Below, one piece after another: positions 23,017 through 37,200 of a stretch of 64,000 nt of DNA; position 1 is the stretch's first letter, and each line of letters opens with the position of its first letter. The notes below the pieces were generated by a model that had not been told where the DNA came from, ran no database searches, and was given only the letters and a program-made list of their open reading frames with translations. The position numbers and the translations under genes were made by a program. The stretch comes from Raillietiella orientalis. Lineage: Eukaryota. The stretch lies in NCBI GenBank assembly GCA_036172245.1, contig JAYWIR010000002.1, positions 6,448,001-6,512,000 of the forward strand, in the 5' to 3' direction.

Positions 23017-26000
23017 ATTTTCAAATTTTCCTGCTAGTTCTGGAAATTCCAAATGGAAAATTTTGACATCGCTGACACCCGTGTCTCCAGCGAGGACACA
23101 GAAAGTGAGAGAAAACTTTCGGTTGGATCCGTAGCAGAAGAATCTTGAATGCACCGAAAATCCCTCCGGTATTCTGACAATCCAAGATCGGTCATCAGGA
23201 CGTTTACTCATGTCTTCATCCGATGCAGATTCATCCAGGCCAAAGCTTTCCTACTTTAACTTCCGTGAGTTTTCCTGCACAGTCAGTACCGCCGCGGGCA
23301 TCTTTTTGTCTGTTTTCCGACAAACTCTAATGCTGCTTGTTGCCTGAAAAAAAGTTCGCCGATCCTGAATAGAGAGAAACTAGCGCCGTGAATAGAGAGG
23401 AAAAGTGGAAGTGGAAAGATCACTAAAGAGAAGTGATTCCAAGGATGGATGCAAACTGCTCAGCAACTGAAGGAACTCATCTTGACGACTTCATGCTTTG
23501 CTCATGAAAATCAAGTCTTTTCCAATTTTGTTCGCTCTGCTCCAGTAAGTGTGTTTAAGGTCGTAGCAGACGTAACCTTCGGAATTTCGGTCGCCTTATG
23601 ACCTGAATAGTGCTTTTGCAGAGGTGGCTCCATAGGGATCATCCTTCGCATTCGAGGAATTTACAAAGCTCCTGGAGTCGGCAACTTCGGCATGTCTCGT
23701 CACGAAGCCAAAAGGGAAGGCGAAGAAATTTGGAAGTAACATGGAGGGGCGCGCATCCCAAGGTTTCGTGTTCACCATCTCGGATAAAGAGGCCTTTGCC
23801 AAGCTAAGTGAAGGTCACCACTTGCTTCCTGAAATCCCTACTTTCATGTGCTGTGTGCTTTCTCTCATGCCGGCATTGTTGCTGGGAACGAACCGTGATG
23901 AAGCTGCATCTTTCGTAAAAGGACCGCCAGACACGGAATGCAAGTTTTGAAACAGCTCCGGGGTCTCCCAAGCGAGTACTTCGATGTGCAGTTTAGAGCA
24001 TTCGGGATTTTCGGACGATGGGAATGAAGAGAAGGATCTGACGCTCATTGCTGGAACGAATTCCATGCAGCTTTCTCAAGTTTCCAAGGAAACGTGTACA
24101 TCAGATTTCCTGCAAGTCTTGCAAATCCGCTGGTTCATTGCTAAAGAGTTTGGTCTTCCGGAGATAATTCAGGAGTCACACAATCGCAGCTGTCGGTTAT
24201 TCGCTGCGCTCCCCCATCGCGCACGCTCAAAGTCAAGCTGATCCATCCATTCCGGATGAATCAGCTCTGTTCTTCCTCCTATTCCACCCTTGTTATTCGA
24301 ATTTCCGCTCCACTTCATTCGGGCAGCATACGAACTTGCAGCTTCCCCCTTGCGAGTTTGGACTGTTGATTCTTCAAGCAGGGTTCTCCAAGACCTGTCT
24401 TCGGCACATGTCCGTGGAGTCGACTTATGCAAATGTCGCCGCATCATTTCCGCGTTGCTCTCTGATCATCGCGCCGTCGGCGCATCTCCGTGTCGTCAGC
24501 TCATCTCCAGGTCAGTGGTTTGCCTCCGAGTCGCTTCCTCAGCAGCCCGAAGGGACGTCGGAGGTTCGTGGGGACCGGGTTGGCAGCCCGTCGGGACGTT
24601 CTTGCGCTGTCGCTTACCTCGTCCGTCGTCCTTGGCCCCATCGTCGGCCTTGCGGTAAACGCTCTCCCCTGCTCCCATTCCTTTCCCCGTGCAAGGCTCG
24701 TTGACGTGTCCTCATCGGTTTCAGCCATACGCAGCCAGGTCCCGTTCGTCGTCTTCTTTCCGGCGCGCTCCGCATTCCTGCTGCTTTCCCCTGTGGGAGA
24801 ACTCGTCCTTCGGTCTCATGAAAAAGGTGCGAGTTATCTAGAAGGTCTTCGGAATGCCTCCGTAGATGCATCAAGGAATCGAAAGGGGAATGGCCAAAGT
24901 GGCCATTCTTGATCACCATTCTCAGTGACCTCTGAAAGGATCAGACCGAGTAGTCGAGTGAGCCTTCGGAATAAAACCTGTTCTCTGGTAAAGCTGCAGA
25001 GTCGCAAATGCTACGTGGTGGTGCTTACCTGCTGCTGCCTCCTACAGTTTCCCGGCATACTGGGGAGAACCCCTTCTTGAGGGGCTTCCCAAGCAGACGG
25101 ATGGACTGGTGTCTTTCCCACCACCACAGGATTGCATTCGGCTACTGGCATCGGAGGAGGAGGAGCCTGATGGTTTCTTTAAGGGCTGGCTCCACTTAAG
25201 CTACCTTTGCTTGCGTGCATCACACATCAAGAACATCAATTTTTTTTTCTTCCGACCAAAAAGTTCGCTGGAAGGATCGTTGGTCCTCTGAATGGCGATC
25301 CGGGAGGTGCGCTGCAAAAGCAATTGCTTAAAGTGGAAGGAATTTCTGAATAATTAAATCTTCGAATTGTTTTGCTGCTCTCCTTCCTTGTTTTGCTTTG
25401 TTCCGCCCATTCGATATGCACAGTCATCCTCCTCATGTGACCACTCTTCCAGAATTTCGGTCTCCTTTTTGGTTTCAGTACTGTTTCACGTCTACACCGT
25501 CTCTTATCGATGTTCGTTCTCTCCAGCAACGCATCCTTTCTGGCAAACACCGCAACTTCAGTTGCATGGATACGTTTCGGCAAAGGCGACTGCAAATGCA
25601 AGATGAGGAACACCAGCATCGTACACCATTTGCAAAATTTCATTACCAGCAGTTGATTTTTCTCGCTTGCTTCTCCGTGCGTCCACGTAATCCCAATGCT
25701 CCTGTTTTGTCGGCATTGCGACAGCGTGGTGTAGAACGTCTGAGAACCTTCCTAGATTTCTCTATCGCCAATGGCATCTGCCAAACACGAAAACAATCCA
25801 TCATAAATGATCTGGGTCATTAACGGGACACAATGCTTCCTATATGTTTTCTGCTCGTTACATAACCAAGGCGTCATTACTTTGATGTTCTGTCAGTAGG
25901 CCCCATTCTCCTTTTCCTTTTTTTTTTTTAAAAAAAAAAAAACAAAGAAAGAAAAAGAAAGGGAGATATGATAGCAGTCCTTTTGGCCATTCCAACGATG

Positions 26001-28542
26001 GAATCCAATCATCACTGCATTTCAAATGCATTTGTCCCAGAATGCCACATCTCTCAGTACCAAGCGGCATTCAAGAAACGGCATTCTGGTATCCAAGAAA
26101 CGAAGTGCATCGTACTGCTCTTCCATCAAAGGAAGCTTCCATGAGCGCCTACTATGGCGAATTCTACTCGAGTTCGTTTCACCTCGAGAACTGTCCTCTA
26201 TGATCCTCTGTGAATTGTCCTTGTCCTCTGTGATCTTTGGGAGCGCCTATTTCGTTTTCTCGATGAATGCTCACCCAACTCTTGCTTTTTCAGTTGCACC
26301 TGTCTTGATTCGTGTCGAAAGTTTCCTCTTGTCTCCACCATCTACAAGTTTGGCTTTAGGATCTTCCCATTCACTTGAAAATTACGAAAACAAACATCCA
26401 CAGGCTTGACTTTTTTTATATTTGTGCTATTTTATATGTATACATACATACATGCATACTGTCTGTGGAATGAATATATGTTTGAGTGTGTTTGATATGT
26501 GTCTCATGCAGTGATAATTTGCCACGGAAGGACTTCCGAGAGATTGAAGAGTGGCTTCCAAAAGGAATCCTTGCAGTCTCACAGACTTCACTGTGCTGAG
26601 AACGAGCAAGGAATGACTGCAAAGTCAAGGGTGATGGGGTTCATATGAACCCTGTTGACTTTGGAAGCTGAACGAAAGGCATCTTAGAAATAAGGCAAGT
26701 TTAAAGGAACAGATATTCTCGGAGGAGAGGTGTTTTCCAGAAGCACGTGGAGCGACCTCCTCTGACGGTGCGTTTCCCTAGGGGAGAATTCCCTGAAGGG
26801 GAACACAGGCGCATCTTTTGTTTTGCAAAGAAAAGGAGGCATCCTTCTTGCAGATAGCTTAATGAAGCTGCGATGATGTGTGGGGATGGGAAAGAAAAAA
26901 CGTTTCCTTTCTAGAAGATTCCAATACAAAAGTGCTTGGAGCTTTCCAGAAGAGAAGCAAAGACGTCTGTCCTTCCAGAGAATTTCTTCCGGGTGAATTC
27001 CACCATAAGAGCAGCTTGCTTCAGCCAGCTTTTCAGGAAACCCGAACCACTTTTGCGTTGAAATTTCCATGAGACCACAGACATTCTGTAAGAAGAATGA
27101 CATCCTTTTTCCGAGGAAAAAAAAAAAAACAGTGATTCTGCATTACGCGGAGGATGGAAAGAGAAATTCCAGCGTGAAATGAAGCAATGATTTTTATGCA
27201 CGCTTGGTATTAAGAGATCGCGTGCTGAATTGCCATCGGAAAGATAAAGAAGGAAACAAAGAGTAGCGACACGTCTGCTTCACACAATCCAACAGCTGTT
27301 TTTGTTTGAAGACCACAGGAAGAAGGGGAGCAGGAAAAAAATACCTTGAAAACCTTTTTGCGGAGGACCGTTCTCGGTAACGCAAGAACGTCGGTGGAGA
27401 TCAGTGTTCTTTAAACTTCCTGGGAACCTGGTATCCGGAACTTTTTCAATCTTTATGCAGGTCCGCGTCGGCCCTTTTTTTTTTTTTTTTCAAGGCTCTT
27501 CTCAGCTGGTGATGCTACGCTGAGCCGGATGCACGTGGGATACGTAGGATTTGGAGCTGGGGTCGTTCAGTGTGAAGTCTTGGAACCTGTTTTCCCGTAT
27601 TCTGCTAGCAGGATGAGCTCTCCGCTGCATGCCAGGAGCAGCGGCGTCTAGCCGCTCTTCCTTCTATTACCGGCAGAATTCCTCAGCTCTTATCTCGTGA
27701 GAGTCATTCTGTTCCTTGAGTTGCGTCCTTTGCGTCCTTCTCAATGTGCAGATCGAAACTGCCTTCCGGAAATAAGTGCAGACATATCTCAAAGACAATG
27801 GTGAGACCTGCTGAAAAATGTAATTATTCCAAGAGAAGGAAGAGATTCACACACATCCGAAAGTAATAAATGAGTCAAGTGGAACCCGCTGACTGATAAG
27901 GTTTCCTTCAAAACAAGGAAAAGTCTATCTTAATAAAGAGTAATTTCGTGTTTGGATAAAGATTTATGGAGAAGAAACAAAGGATGCAACTTATCGGGAT
28001 GGGAGAAGAGGGAGACTTTTATGCTCTCCTCTATGCTGACTTATCACTATTTGATTTTTAATGTTTCATTTGTACAGTCACAAAAGTGCGCTCTCTGCTC
28101 CTGGTCGGTTGGACAGACTTATTTTTTTCAAAGAACTTGTGGCTTCGAACTTTTCCGCAGCCATGTGGGGGACAGCATCGTTTCCGATCCTGGAATCGGC
28201 AGCCTCCGAACCTTTGCAACTATCCTGGGGATGCCGGTTTGTTGAGTGGGTGATCACCCGAAAGAAAGGAGACTGGAGTCTTCCAAATTTTCCTGTCCTG
28301 TTATCATGGGGTTGCGATGTCCTATCATCAAACTGTCCGCCTATATCCGCATCAGTTTGCACCAGCTCTTGGACATGCATCTCCAAGAGCTGGAGACTCT
28401 TTCCTTGAGAAAACGAACCATTCTGTGAAGGCAAATATGGCGGTTTTTGGATGTCACAGGCAACCATAAGGTGCTGCATTTTGTCAAGGTCTAGCTACAG
28501 GGTTTGTATCTCCCTCGTCACCTTTTCATGTTGTTACGCCAA

Positions 28543-29488
28543 CTGTTAGGAGCTCTGTCCGCTACCAACGCATTTCTTTTCGACGAGAGGACAGCGAGGT
28601 CTTTGTATTTGTTTTCCTTTCCTTCTGAAGAACTTCTCAGCGCGTCAGCTGTGCTCTCGAAGGCGCAGGAGATGCCTCCTGTTCTCCTCAAATGCAGCCT
28701 TCATCCTGTACTAGGGGATAAACTGATGCATCTCTTCAGAATGCAAACGCCTGTCTATCAAGAGGCTTTGGAGAGCTGCATGTCCTGTCTTGATTCATCT
28801 GTAGCCGAGATGGCAAATCGTTAGATGGATGCTTCTGACGGGGAACCAGCAACTGGTTCCTGCTCCCTCATGTCTCATGTTTGGAGCGCTTCTCTGCCAG
28901 CATGCAGTTACAAGAGATTCCTTTACCCGGAACCCTCTGCACCCTCTGACGAGTCCAGGAACAGTCCAGGGGGAACACGAAATCTCCTTCATCAAGCACG
29001 GTGATGGTGTCGCTGTGTCCGTGATCGAAACGATTCCCTGCGGGTTCCAGCAGTTCTGGAGCACTCCCATGCCGTGCTAGAAGTGTACAAGGCCATCTTC
29101 TTCTGCTTGGAGACCGTCTGTGGTGATGATCTTCACCGCCGATTACCTGCTGTACGCCGCCCCGGACCACTGGAAGTTCATCCGCAACGTCATGAGCATC
29201 ATCGACTTTATGTCCATCCTCCCCTACTAAGTTAGCCTCCTCCTCACCAAAAACGACAATCTTCTTTATCAGGCATGGGGGTGGTCTTGTTTCATCACAG
29301 CAATGTATGAGCCGCTTGAGATTTCGCTCCTCCGGGGTCGAATTTCCAGATTCTGTCCAAGAGGTTCAGATGGTAATCGTATCCTTTTCCGGATTCTGGA
29401 GCGTGTGGCAGTTGGATGCTTGTGCAGGCCTCCCGGACGAAGTAGAGCTTTGCCTTGGGGGATTTCCCTAAAGTTTTCGCTCGCATGA
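28543..29488 (+). pseudogene. Shal: Shal/Kv4 (KCND-type) voltage-gated potassium channel relic, T1 to S5 region
   Basis: 29009-29260 reads VAVSV-IETIPCG...MPC / [14 protein letters not shown] / [45 protein letters not shown], matching Kv4 IAVSV..NVVETVPCG...PCGERY...[48 protein letters not shown].D. Frameshifts near 29078 and 29122, TAA at 29228-29230, small in-frame deletions. Weaker traces upstream (LLG...FLFDE....YLF; ANR*MD; VWSA) and downstream (RIL; FSLA). Confidence 0.85.
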
Positions 29489-29679
29489 GGCCGTTAGATT
29501 GAGATCACTTTCGAAAAGTCACTTTTAGCTTCCATCGAGAGCTTTCAGACAGAAAACGGTGATCGGCAGGAAAGAACTAGCACTGCCATGGTCAAGGATT
29601 GAGCGGAACGGGTCTGGAACCTCTTGTGCACCAATCCTTTTACAAACTGTTCGATCGACGTTGGGAGGGGGGGAAGGGG

Positions 29680-29950
29680 CGTGTGGCTGCGGCTCTTACG
29701 CGCGACATCAAGCGTTGAGGGTTCGAAACTCTAGCCAAGGATCGACGCCAGGAATGGGGTGCATGTCGTGTGAGTTTCGAGTCCCCCTTCAAGTCGCTGG
29801 TTGACCCATGGGTTTCGGGTGCAGCTCTGGAACGACGCTCGCGCGAGTGGCATATTGGATGCCACCGTGGATCGGCAGATATCGGGGGTGGACCCCTCCA
29901 GAGTTCTTCTAGGAATCACGGAGCCGCTTCGTTTCGGGATTCCCCTCCAG
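29680..29950 (+). mobile_element. Modular SINE-like repeat copy, head and core only
   Basis: GTGGCTGCGG...GGGTTCGAAACT (29719-29730)...GGATCGACGCC...TTTCGAGTCCCCC...CTGGTTGACCCA...TTCTAGGAATC, colinear with 12990-13250 and 54470-54740. Confidence 0.7.
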
Positions 29951-32900
29951 CTCCGCCGACGGAGCCGATCTCCGGCTGCATGGGTACGTACCCTCCATCA
30001 CGTTCCACATGGCTGGTTTACCACCCTCAGGGGTTTCCAGTCCAGAGTGCCTGAAGCGCACTGTTTCTTTCGGGGAGCACCCTTCAGACTGTTCGGCTCG
30101 ACACGCTCTTGTTGTGGAGAGCTATTCCCATCTTCGAGCCCAGAAGTTCAAAAAAAAAAAAAAAAACGAGGGAAGCACCCTCCGGTCAGCACAGCAAGGT
30201 ACGGCTCTCTTTGTCCCAAAATTCTGGACGCCTGCAATTTGACCTCTGAGCGCTCCTTTGGGGTTTCGCATCAGGGATCGTTCCGAGCTCGGAACGATCG
30301 GATCCGTCTTCTGTGAGCGCGCGCGACCTTGAAGCCAGCAGCTGGAGGGTGGGAGTGCGCCCGCCATCCTGCGGTCCGGGGATGACCCGATGGTTTTGGG
30401 ATTTGGGAGTCGACCGAGAGTCTCCGGGAGAAGGGGTGGGATGATAAAGCGCCATCCAGGAATACGATCCGGCGATCCTTTCCATCTTTCTCACCTCTCC
30501 CGTTCATGAGATCGGTGCTGCCGCCGTCCCCACCAGCCGAGATCGCACGGATGAATCCGATCTGCGATGCGCGAATCGAGAAGGTCGAGTCCGCCGTCAA
30601 ATCGAAGACGCTGGAAGCCCGGTGCCTGGCAACACAGGACCGATACTCTCTCTCCCCTTTTGCCTTTCCTCTTTCAACGCTGTAGATAAATGCTCAGGAG
30701 CGCAAGAGAAGATCTAGCCCGGCAGCCTCTTGCTTCGAATACGCTTCTGAAACATCGGGGACTGCCGCCCCCAGCGCTTCATTGTGATTCGGGTCAACAG
30801 CTCTCCAGGTCTCTCTGTGATCATCGTTTGGTAGGAGTGCACCTGGATGTGACTCGGTGACTCTTCTTACCTTTCTCACTTCCTGAACAGACAGTAGGCG
30901 CCGTAACGGAGGGCCATGCTACCCAGAGAGGCTCCGTGGGCCAACTTCTGTTCCACTCGAAGAAGAGATCGTGGAAAAGAGCAAGATTCAAGTGGCTTTT
31001 CAAATGGAAGATTGGATGACAGGATAGCAGGGGGATTCTGCAGTTTTTCATCTTCCCTACCAGAGCCTTCGACCTTCCAGGCGAACAAAAAGAATGCACT
31101 GCCAACGAAGTCTTCCTGCCTTGGGCTCCGCTGGATCCTCATCGGCGCCGCCACTGGAGCGGCAATGGTCACAAATCGTCGATGCTGTAACGACGATCAA
31201 GTGGCTTGCAGAGGTGGCAAATCGAGCCCTGCGGCAACAACCTGTCGCTGATTTTTCGATTCGAGGGAGCTTCTGATCCTGAAAGGGAAGGCAGCAAAGT
31301 CGGAAAAAATCTGAAGCTTCTCCAGGTTGCGGGAAAGCAGCTGAATGCTCAGACCGCTCTTCTAAAAATTGAGAGATGGTGAAACGTCTCCCAAGATCTC
31401 TCACTTTTGGAAAGACCCCGTCGCCGAGGACCTCGTCCAGGAAATTCCCTTCCATGGGACAATGATGGAGCTCACAAAGATATGCAGTTGAAAAATGCGA
31501 ACGCTTGACCAAGTGGATTATGACATCTGACCTTTCTCGAGGCACTGAAGCATCTTCAGGGAGGACCCGCTTGAATGCGCGATGCGACACATCTTTGCTG
31601 AGCAACGCGCAGCACCTCTTCACAGACTTCCAAAGGAAAAGCGGGCACGTGGAAGCGCATTAGCTCTTAAACGGTGGGCAAGGAGCCACAAAAGTGCCCT
31701 TGATGTCGGGAGCAGTTGATGTCGAAAGGAGAAGGAACTCAAATCACTGCGATCTAAGGGTGGCTCAGGAATATCCAGATGCAGGATTACGGCCTGACAC
31801 CAAGGTCTTTCATTATAAATGATCGAAGCGAAGTCTAAAAGACAACCGTCAGCAATGCAGAGCTGTTGCAACGCGCAACCATGGAATCGTGAGGTTCAAA
31901 CCCGGTGTTTGTTCCCCAAACACCTCCTTCGCATGGAGGGCAAGCATCTTCCTGGAGCAGTGCCCTGCCATGAAATTCTTTGGCTCTTCAAGGAAGACAA
32001 GAATACGGATCTTTGAAAAAGATTCCAGTATCTTCAAGTGGCTTCCTACACTCGGAGCAGTCGGCTGCGCTGTACAGTCAGTTACTGTACTGAAGAGGCA
32101 GTAGATCATGAATATGGGCTTGAATGGAAAACATCCTGAGGATACCCCAGTCCAATTTACTAGGAACTTCCTGATGACACTTTCATTTAGTGAGCTGGTA
32201 GAGACCAAGAAGAAACACTGCCGCCAGCTAGCATCTAGCAGCTTCGCCTTCGGATCGATCATGACCCTCTTGGCTGAGCTTTCAGTTGTCAGGACGGATT
32301 AAATCTTGAAAGAACTGATTCAATCCTGATTCATACACCTTTTTCGTGGATACGATTTGGAACTTTCGAGGAAGACGCCCTTGTTTGCGTCCAGGGAATC
32401 ACATGTTTCTAATTAGTCCCAAAGTTGAGCCATTCATCTTGAGGTGTTTTAGAGCAATCGGCACTGTCTTCTGGACGCATTCTGAAGCCTCAAATCTCTC
32501 CCACAGCGCGAGTGCAATATCGAAGCGAAAAGTGCTCCGTTAGGCACGTGGCGTCTGCTTTCCCTTCCGCTCTTCGCCCACTCAAAAGAAACCTGCCGCT
32601 GCAATCCACTTACAGATGTTTGATTTTTCAAGTTTTTTTTTCAACGGAAATTCGCGGTTCTTAGTCTTCTGGATGAAGGGCAAAGCACCTCCCGCTGTCA
32701 TCCCTAGGGCTGACATCGGATGTCAGAATCCGCTGGCGCAAACCAGACCTCAGATCCACCCGAATTTCTGCTGGCTGCTCTGTGATTCTTGAGGATTTCA
32801 TTTCTACCTTCTGGAAAGCGAGTTCCCCATCAGGCTGGGACATCGGACGAAAGCTCTGGCCGAGAGACTTAGTCTGGATCTTCTACTCTCTTCTTTGAGA

Positions 32901-32961
32901 CTTTTTCTTTTGGTTCGTCAAGTGCTGAAGGGCCGTTCGCTCCTTAGGGGAGGATCACGAT

Positions 32962-34230
32962 GCACTTGAGCACCATCCACGCCATCCGGGGGCTCATGTT
33001 GACTCTTCAAGTTACGGGGATCACCCTATGAATTCGAGAAGAGTCCATCCTTCCTCTTACTCTTGGGAGGTAACCCCGAAAACGGAAACCCTCGCCTTGC
33101 TTATCTCCGATTTTCACCCGGACACGCCACAGCGTTTCTTAAAAATTAAAAGCAACTCATGAATTGTGGTTTAGTTTTCAACTAGCAATAATCGCGCCTC
33201 CCTTAAGATCAGCGGCAGCAATATTGCCCGTGAGCAAGGTTTGTGGTGAATTGTGGTGAGGCACGTGGTCCTACCACATTCCATTTGTCCACGGATCTGT
33301 CAGGTCGCCGGTACGCAGACCGGGTGGGGTCACTTCGGCAACGGAGAGGGATGAAAGAGAACAAAAAGAAAAGGAAAAGAAAGAGTAAATGAAAATAAAT
33401 AAAGATCTTTGGAAGGGTTGGGAGGGGATCATTGTCCACTAGAGGGAGTCTACATCCTTTCCAGGATTCCATCTAGGTCTGTCCGAATAGGTCTCAGGTG
33501 GAGCCATCTGGCCGCTATCCGTAGAATGAGAACTGCGAACTGGACGTCGTCCTTCCCATCTCTCCCTCCGTCGGCTTCGTTCGAGGCCGCCGCAATCCCG
33601 CGGATGCAGCTAAGCGCTTCTGAGGCTGCGTCTGACTGCAGAGCGTCCAACACAGAGGGGAGCCGTAAAACCTTCCTGGAGGTGCCAATTGGTATCCGGA
33701 GGGTCGTTCCACAACGTTCCCACAGGGACCGAAGGGCGACGCAGTTCACAAGCAGGTGCAGGAGGGAGGGTTCCCATTTCCCGCTCCTGAGACAGGTCCG
33801 GGCTCTCCCTCCCCAACGTCCCGCAACGTCGAAGGAAACCTCGAAAGGAACCTCTTCCTTCTTCTCTCCAGAGGGACCCCCCAGTTTGTGTGGGCCGTTT
33901 CTCTTTTTCTTCTCCGAAGGGAATCGGGAAAAGATCCGCTCTCGAATTCCTTTTCCGGAAGGCAGCCGCAAAGAAACCTGCTCTCGGTTTCCTCTTCTGA
34001 AGAGAATCTCGAAGGGACGCTTCCAAATCTCTCTGAGAGGTGCTCCTCAAAGGGAACAGTGCACTTCCTAACACTCTGGAGAGGTAAACCCGGTGGAAAG
34101 GATATCAACCAGCTCCATGAGACGGCTCCCTTTTCTCAACCGGGGGGAAATCCTGAAGGGAACCTTCTCTCTGATGTCCTGGGAAGGTCCCCGAAGGGCC
34201 AGCTTCCAATCCCGGCCGCCAGCGAGGAAG
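32962..34230 (-). mobile_element. Modular SINE-like repeat copy on minus strand: core, subrepeat array, LINE-derived tail, terminal module
   Basis: Reverse complement is colinear with 54680-55930 (e.g. TGGAGCTGGTTGATATCC...CCTCTCCAGAGTGTTAGGAAG; CTCCTGCACCTGCT; GTGGTAGGACC). It then continues into the TTCATAGGGT...GAAGAGTCAAC...CCGGATGGCGT module. Confidence 0.75.
33450..33800 (-). mobile_element. LINE ORF2 C-terminal zinc-knuckle (CCHC-type) fragment inside the composite repeat
   Basis: TCLRSGKWEPSLLHLLVNCVALRSLWER...ILRIAARWLHLRPIRTDLDGILERM; HLL.xC is the conserved C-terminal motif of non-LTR ORF2. Homologous to 46467-46900 and 55310-55690. Confidence 0.7.
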
Positions 34231-37200
34231 CGCGGCTAGAATTTTTTCGGAGATGAACAGAAGCGAATCGGAGGAAGTGGACTCCACTTCGAGATGGCCG
34301 CGGAGGCCACTCGAAATGGAGTCCATCAGCGCGCGCACACGATCCAACTACCACCTGGATGAGAGCCGTCAGAAGACACTGCTCTGCGATTGCTTACATC
34401 ATTATGCAAATTCGGGATTGATGAGGGCAGCGAGGCGTGCCTGGAAAATGGGATGGCGAGCGCCGAAGCGAGCGGATTCAACATTTCGCCCAATGCGTGG
34501 AGTCGTATCCAATCGTCAGATGATTGTGGAGCAAGAAAAAGATTACAGTGGGACAAATTATGAGAACAGCGAGGTGACCTTTCGCGTTCTGAAGCGCAAT
34601 AGTGACGTATCGCATGATAAATTGCGAAGATCATTGGATAGATGTCCAGACAAATGACAATGGGTATCTGAAATCACCTCACGCACCACCCGATTCATAA
34701 ACATTTCAAAAGAAGCATACATTTGAGCGTTTTCTTGCCTGCTGTACCCTTTGCTTTCCATTCTGTGCATGCAAGACTGAAGCTGTTCACAAGCAGTGTC
34801 GCGTTTTAATGCTTGTTTGTGTTGTTCTTGTTTTGTTTTTTCCTTCCAGTTTCTACGAAACACATGAAGGCAACGAAGGTCAAGGGATCAAAAAGGCATG
34901 AAACTGACTTTGAATGCAGTAGGATGGCGCGATGCACGTAAAATGGCAATTTTTTTTTTTTTGCGTAGCAGCTAAGATGATTTCAATGGTTTTTTCAGCT
35001 CGTGGAAGGACAGTCTGACGATAAAAAAAAAAAAAAAACGCAGCCGGACACAGAAGCAATCCCTTTGAAAACAGACACAACTGTTGGGCGGTCATAGAAA
35101 GCCCTAGGAAGGGAGTATGAATGCCACACAGGAATGATAGATATGCCATGAACGCAAAGCAGTTTCTAAAATAGCTTGAAAGTGTCAAAACCGATGCGTC
35201 ATTTGCAAAATGCACTTTCAGCATCCTCAATAAGAAGTCAGGACCTTCGACCATTTTTGTGATGTCATAAAGTTTTGGATCCAGTTTGGTTGAACTGGAG
35301 GCAAGAATTCATCCGAAAAATTCCCTTCATCATCAAGACTGACCTGAACTCGAAAATCGGCAAGGCGAACTCGAAACGAAATCACGATACAAGTTTCTAG
35401 AAGATCATGATGCCTCGGAGAAAGAAAAAAACCTATATCCTCCGGGCTTTTCACACCTTACATCCCTCTTATTATTCAGCCTTGCCGATAACACCTACTT
35501 CCCCCCCCCCCTCCGTACTATGCCAGGCAGGTATAAAAATGCCAGTCGGTTCGCAAATTCGACTGAGTATGAATGTGCCCTTGCCTGCAGCACTCATCTC
35601 TTAGTTACAATGATAGTTGGAACCTAGCAGTGATGATGAAACCAAGAAACAAGAGCACGCCATGTGGTTCAAAAGTGTACCTTGCCGTCAGGTTAACGCG
35701 ACCTGCTCGGGACGTACCAAACGGCACTGGCTGCTAGACTCATTGAGTGGCATGATCTCTAGTGGGAGCTCACTACTGGCAAAAGAGCAATGCAGTGATC
35801 AACAGTGACGGATGGGAGACTCGGGTATTCTGGCCCATAATGCTGAGCTCCGCTGGAAACGAGAAACACACGCACAAAAAGAAGAAATCTAGATGTAAAG
35901 GGTGATAGGAGCTCAGAGTTCAGCCAAGGATTATGAAGGCTGACGTAATGAACCACATTGGCAATGGTCTTCATTTTTCTCAAAGCTGCCATCCTCTTTT
36001 CTATTCTACGAACAGAGACCACATACAATGGGTAGTCTCAAGATAGGAGTATTGAGGAGACCACAGTCTTCACGGCGGCTATGGGACTGACGTCGAACAA
36101 ACAAGTTGGTAATCGGGAAACTTGAGGTTCCTCAAAAACCAATCTTTGCTTCTCCCGCTAATCACTAACTGCCCTTGAAAAGCTCTCATCTTATTCCAAT
36201 CATTGCTCATTTAACATGTCCATCAGGGGGATTTCATGTTCCACCATCCCTTTTACTGTATAGATAAGTAGCAACTGTTCAGGATTTCCCAAAATAGGTT
36301 CCTTCGTAACTATTCTTGTTCGAATGGACGACGCATCGACTATATCCCTACAGAGTTTTAGCCACTGTCTGCAATGATTGATTAAAGTGTTAAGAAGAAA
36401 GAAGCACGAACCTGTTTGCCACATGTGGCTGTGGGACGGAGACCACCACGATGCTATTTAAGCGCTCAAAATTCAATTCTCGACCGAGGATTTCCTTCAC
36501 TCTCAAGGGAAGAACAGTTCCCTAGAAACGGCATCCAGTCTTCGGAAACCGATTCCAGAACGACTCTTGCCCTGTGTTCTTCGTCTGTTTTGCAGCTTCA
36601 TTTCTGGTACAGTCGCTTTTCTGTGCAAGCGTTTATCAGCCACACATTGCATTTATCTTGTAGTAGGAAACTTTCTCATGCCCCTGGAATGTCTCATCTC
36701 CAGAAGGCTGGTTGTCAGTTCCTCTCCTGCTCTGTTCCTTCTTTCTCTGCCCCCTGGTTTGCTAATCCGCTAATTTTTTCATCCCGTTTTCTTATCTTGA
36801 ATTTCCCGAGTAAGGCAGAAAATTCAATCGCGGGTGCTGGTGGATCTATAGGGAAACCGAGCATCCTAAATGGAATGTGCCGTATCTGCACTGACATTCT
36901 ATAAGTGAGGAGCTTGGTTTTCCTCCGGATCCACCATTCCTGTGGTGTTCCGCTCGCCTCATTGAGGGTGAGGGGTACACCACAGCCAACATGCGATCCA
37001 AAAGCACCCTGAAAGTGAAACTGGAGTTTTCCTTGTGTTTCGTTTTTCGCAGCTTGCCATCCGTGCTCGTCGAATCATCCTGAAAGCTCTCAGCAACTCT
37101 TGAGCAGTCACCAGTTACCAAAGTTACGAAACTTCGTCGGATCGGGCGCTCTCCACACGACTGAAGCCAACCGTATGCGCAATGCCAAAAGGAACACATC

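Noticed and set aside
22640..23134. His-rich, hydrophobic and Glu/Lys/Arg-rich ORFs
   Set aside because: They are translations of the low-complexity C/T tract.
27475..27650. Poly-T run as the poly-A tail of a minus-strand retrocopy or as an exon acceptor
   Set aside because: No recognisable product, polyadenylation signal or target-site duplication; A/T homopolymers are common throughout the window.
28946..28983. Hammerhead ribozyme core (CTGACGA...GAAA), and other CTGAYGA hits on both strands
   Set aside because: No complementary stem II closing onto GAAA in any CTGATGA/CTGACGA instance I checked by eye; CTGAAGA/CTGAGGA variants were not checked exhaustively.
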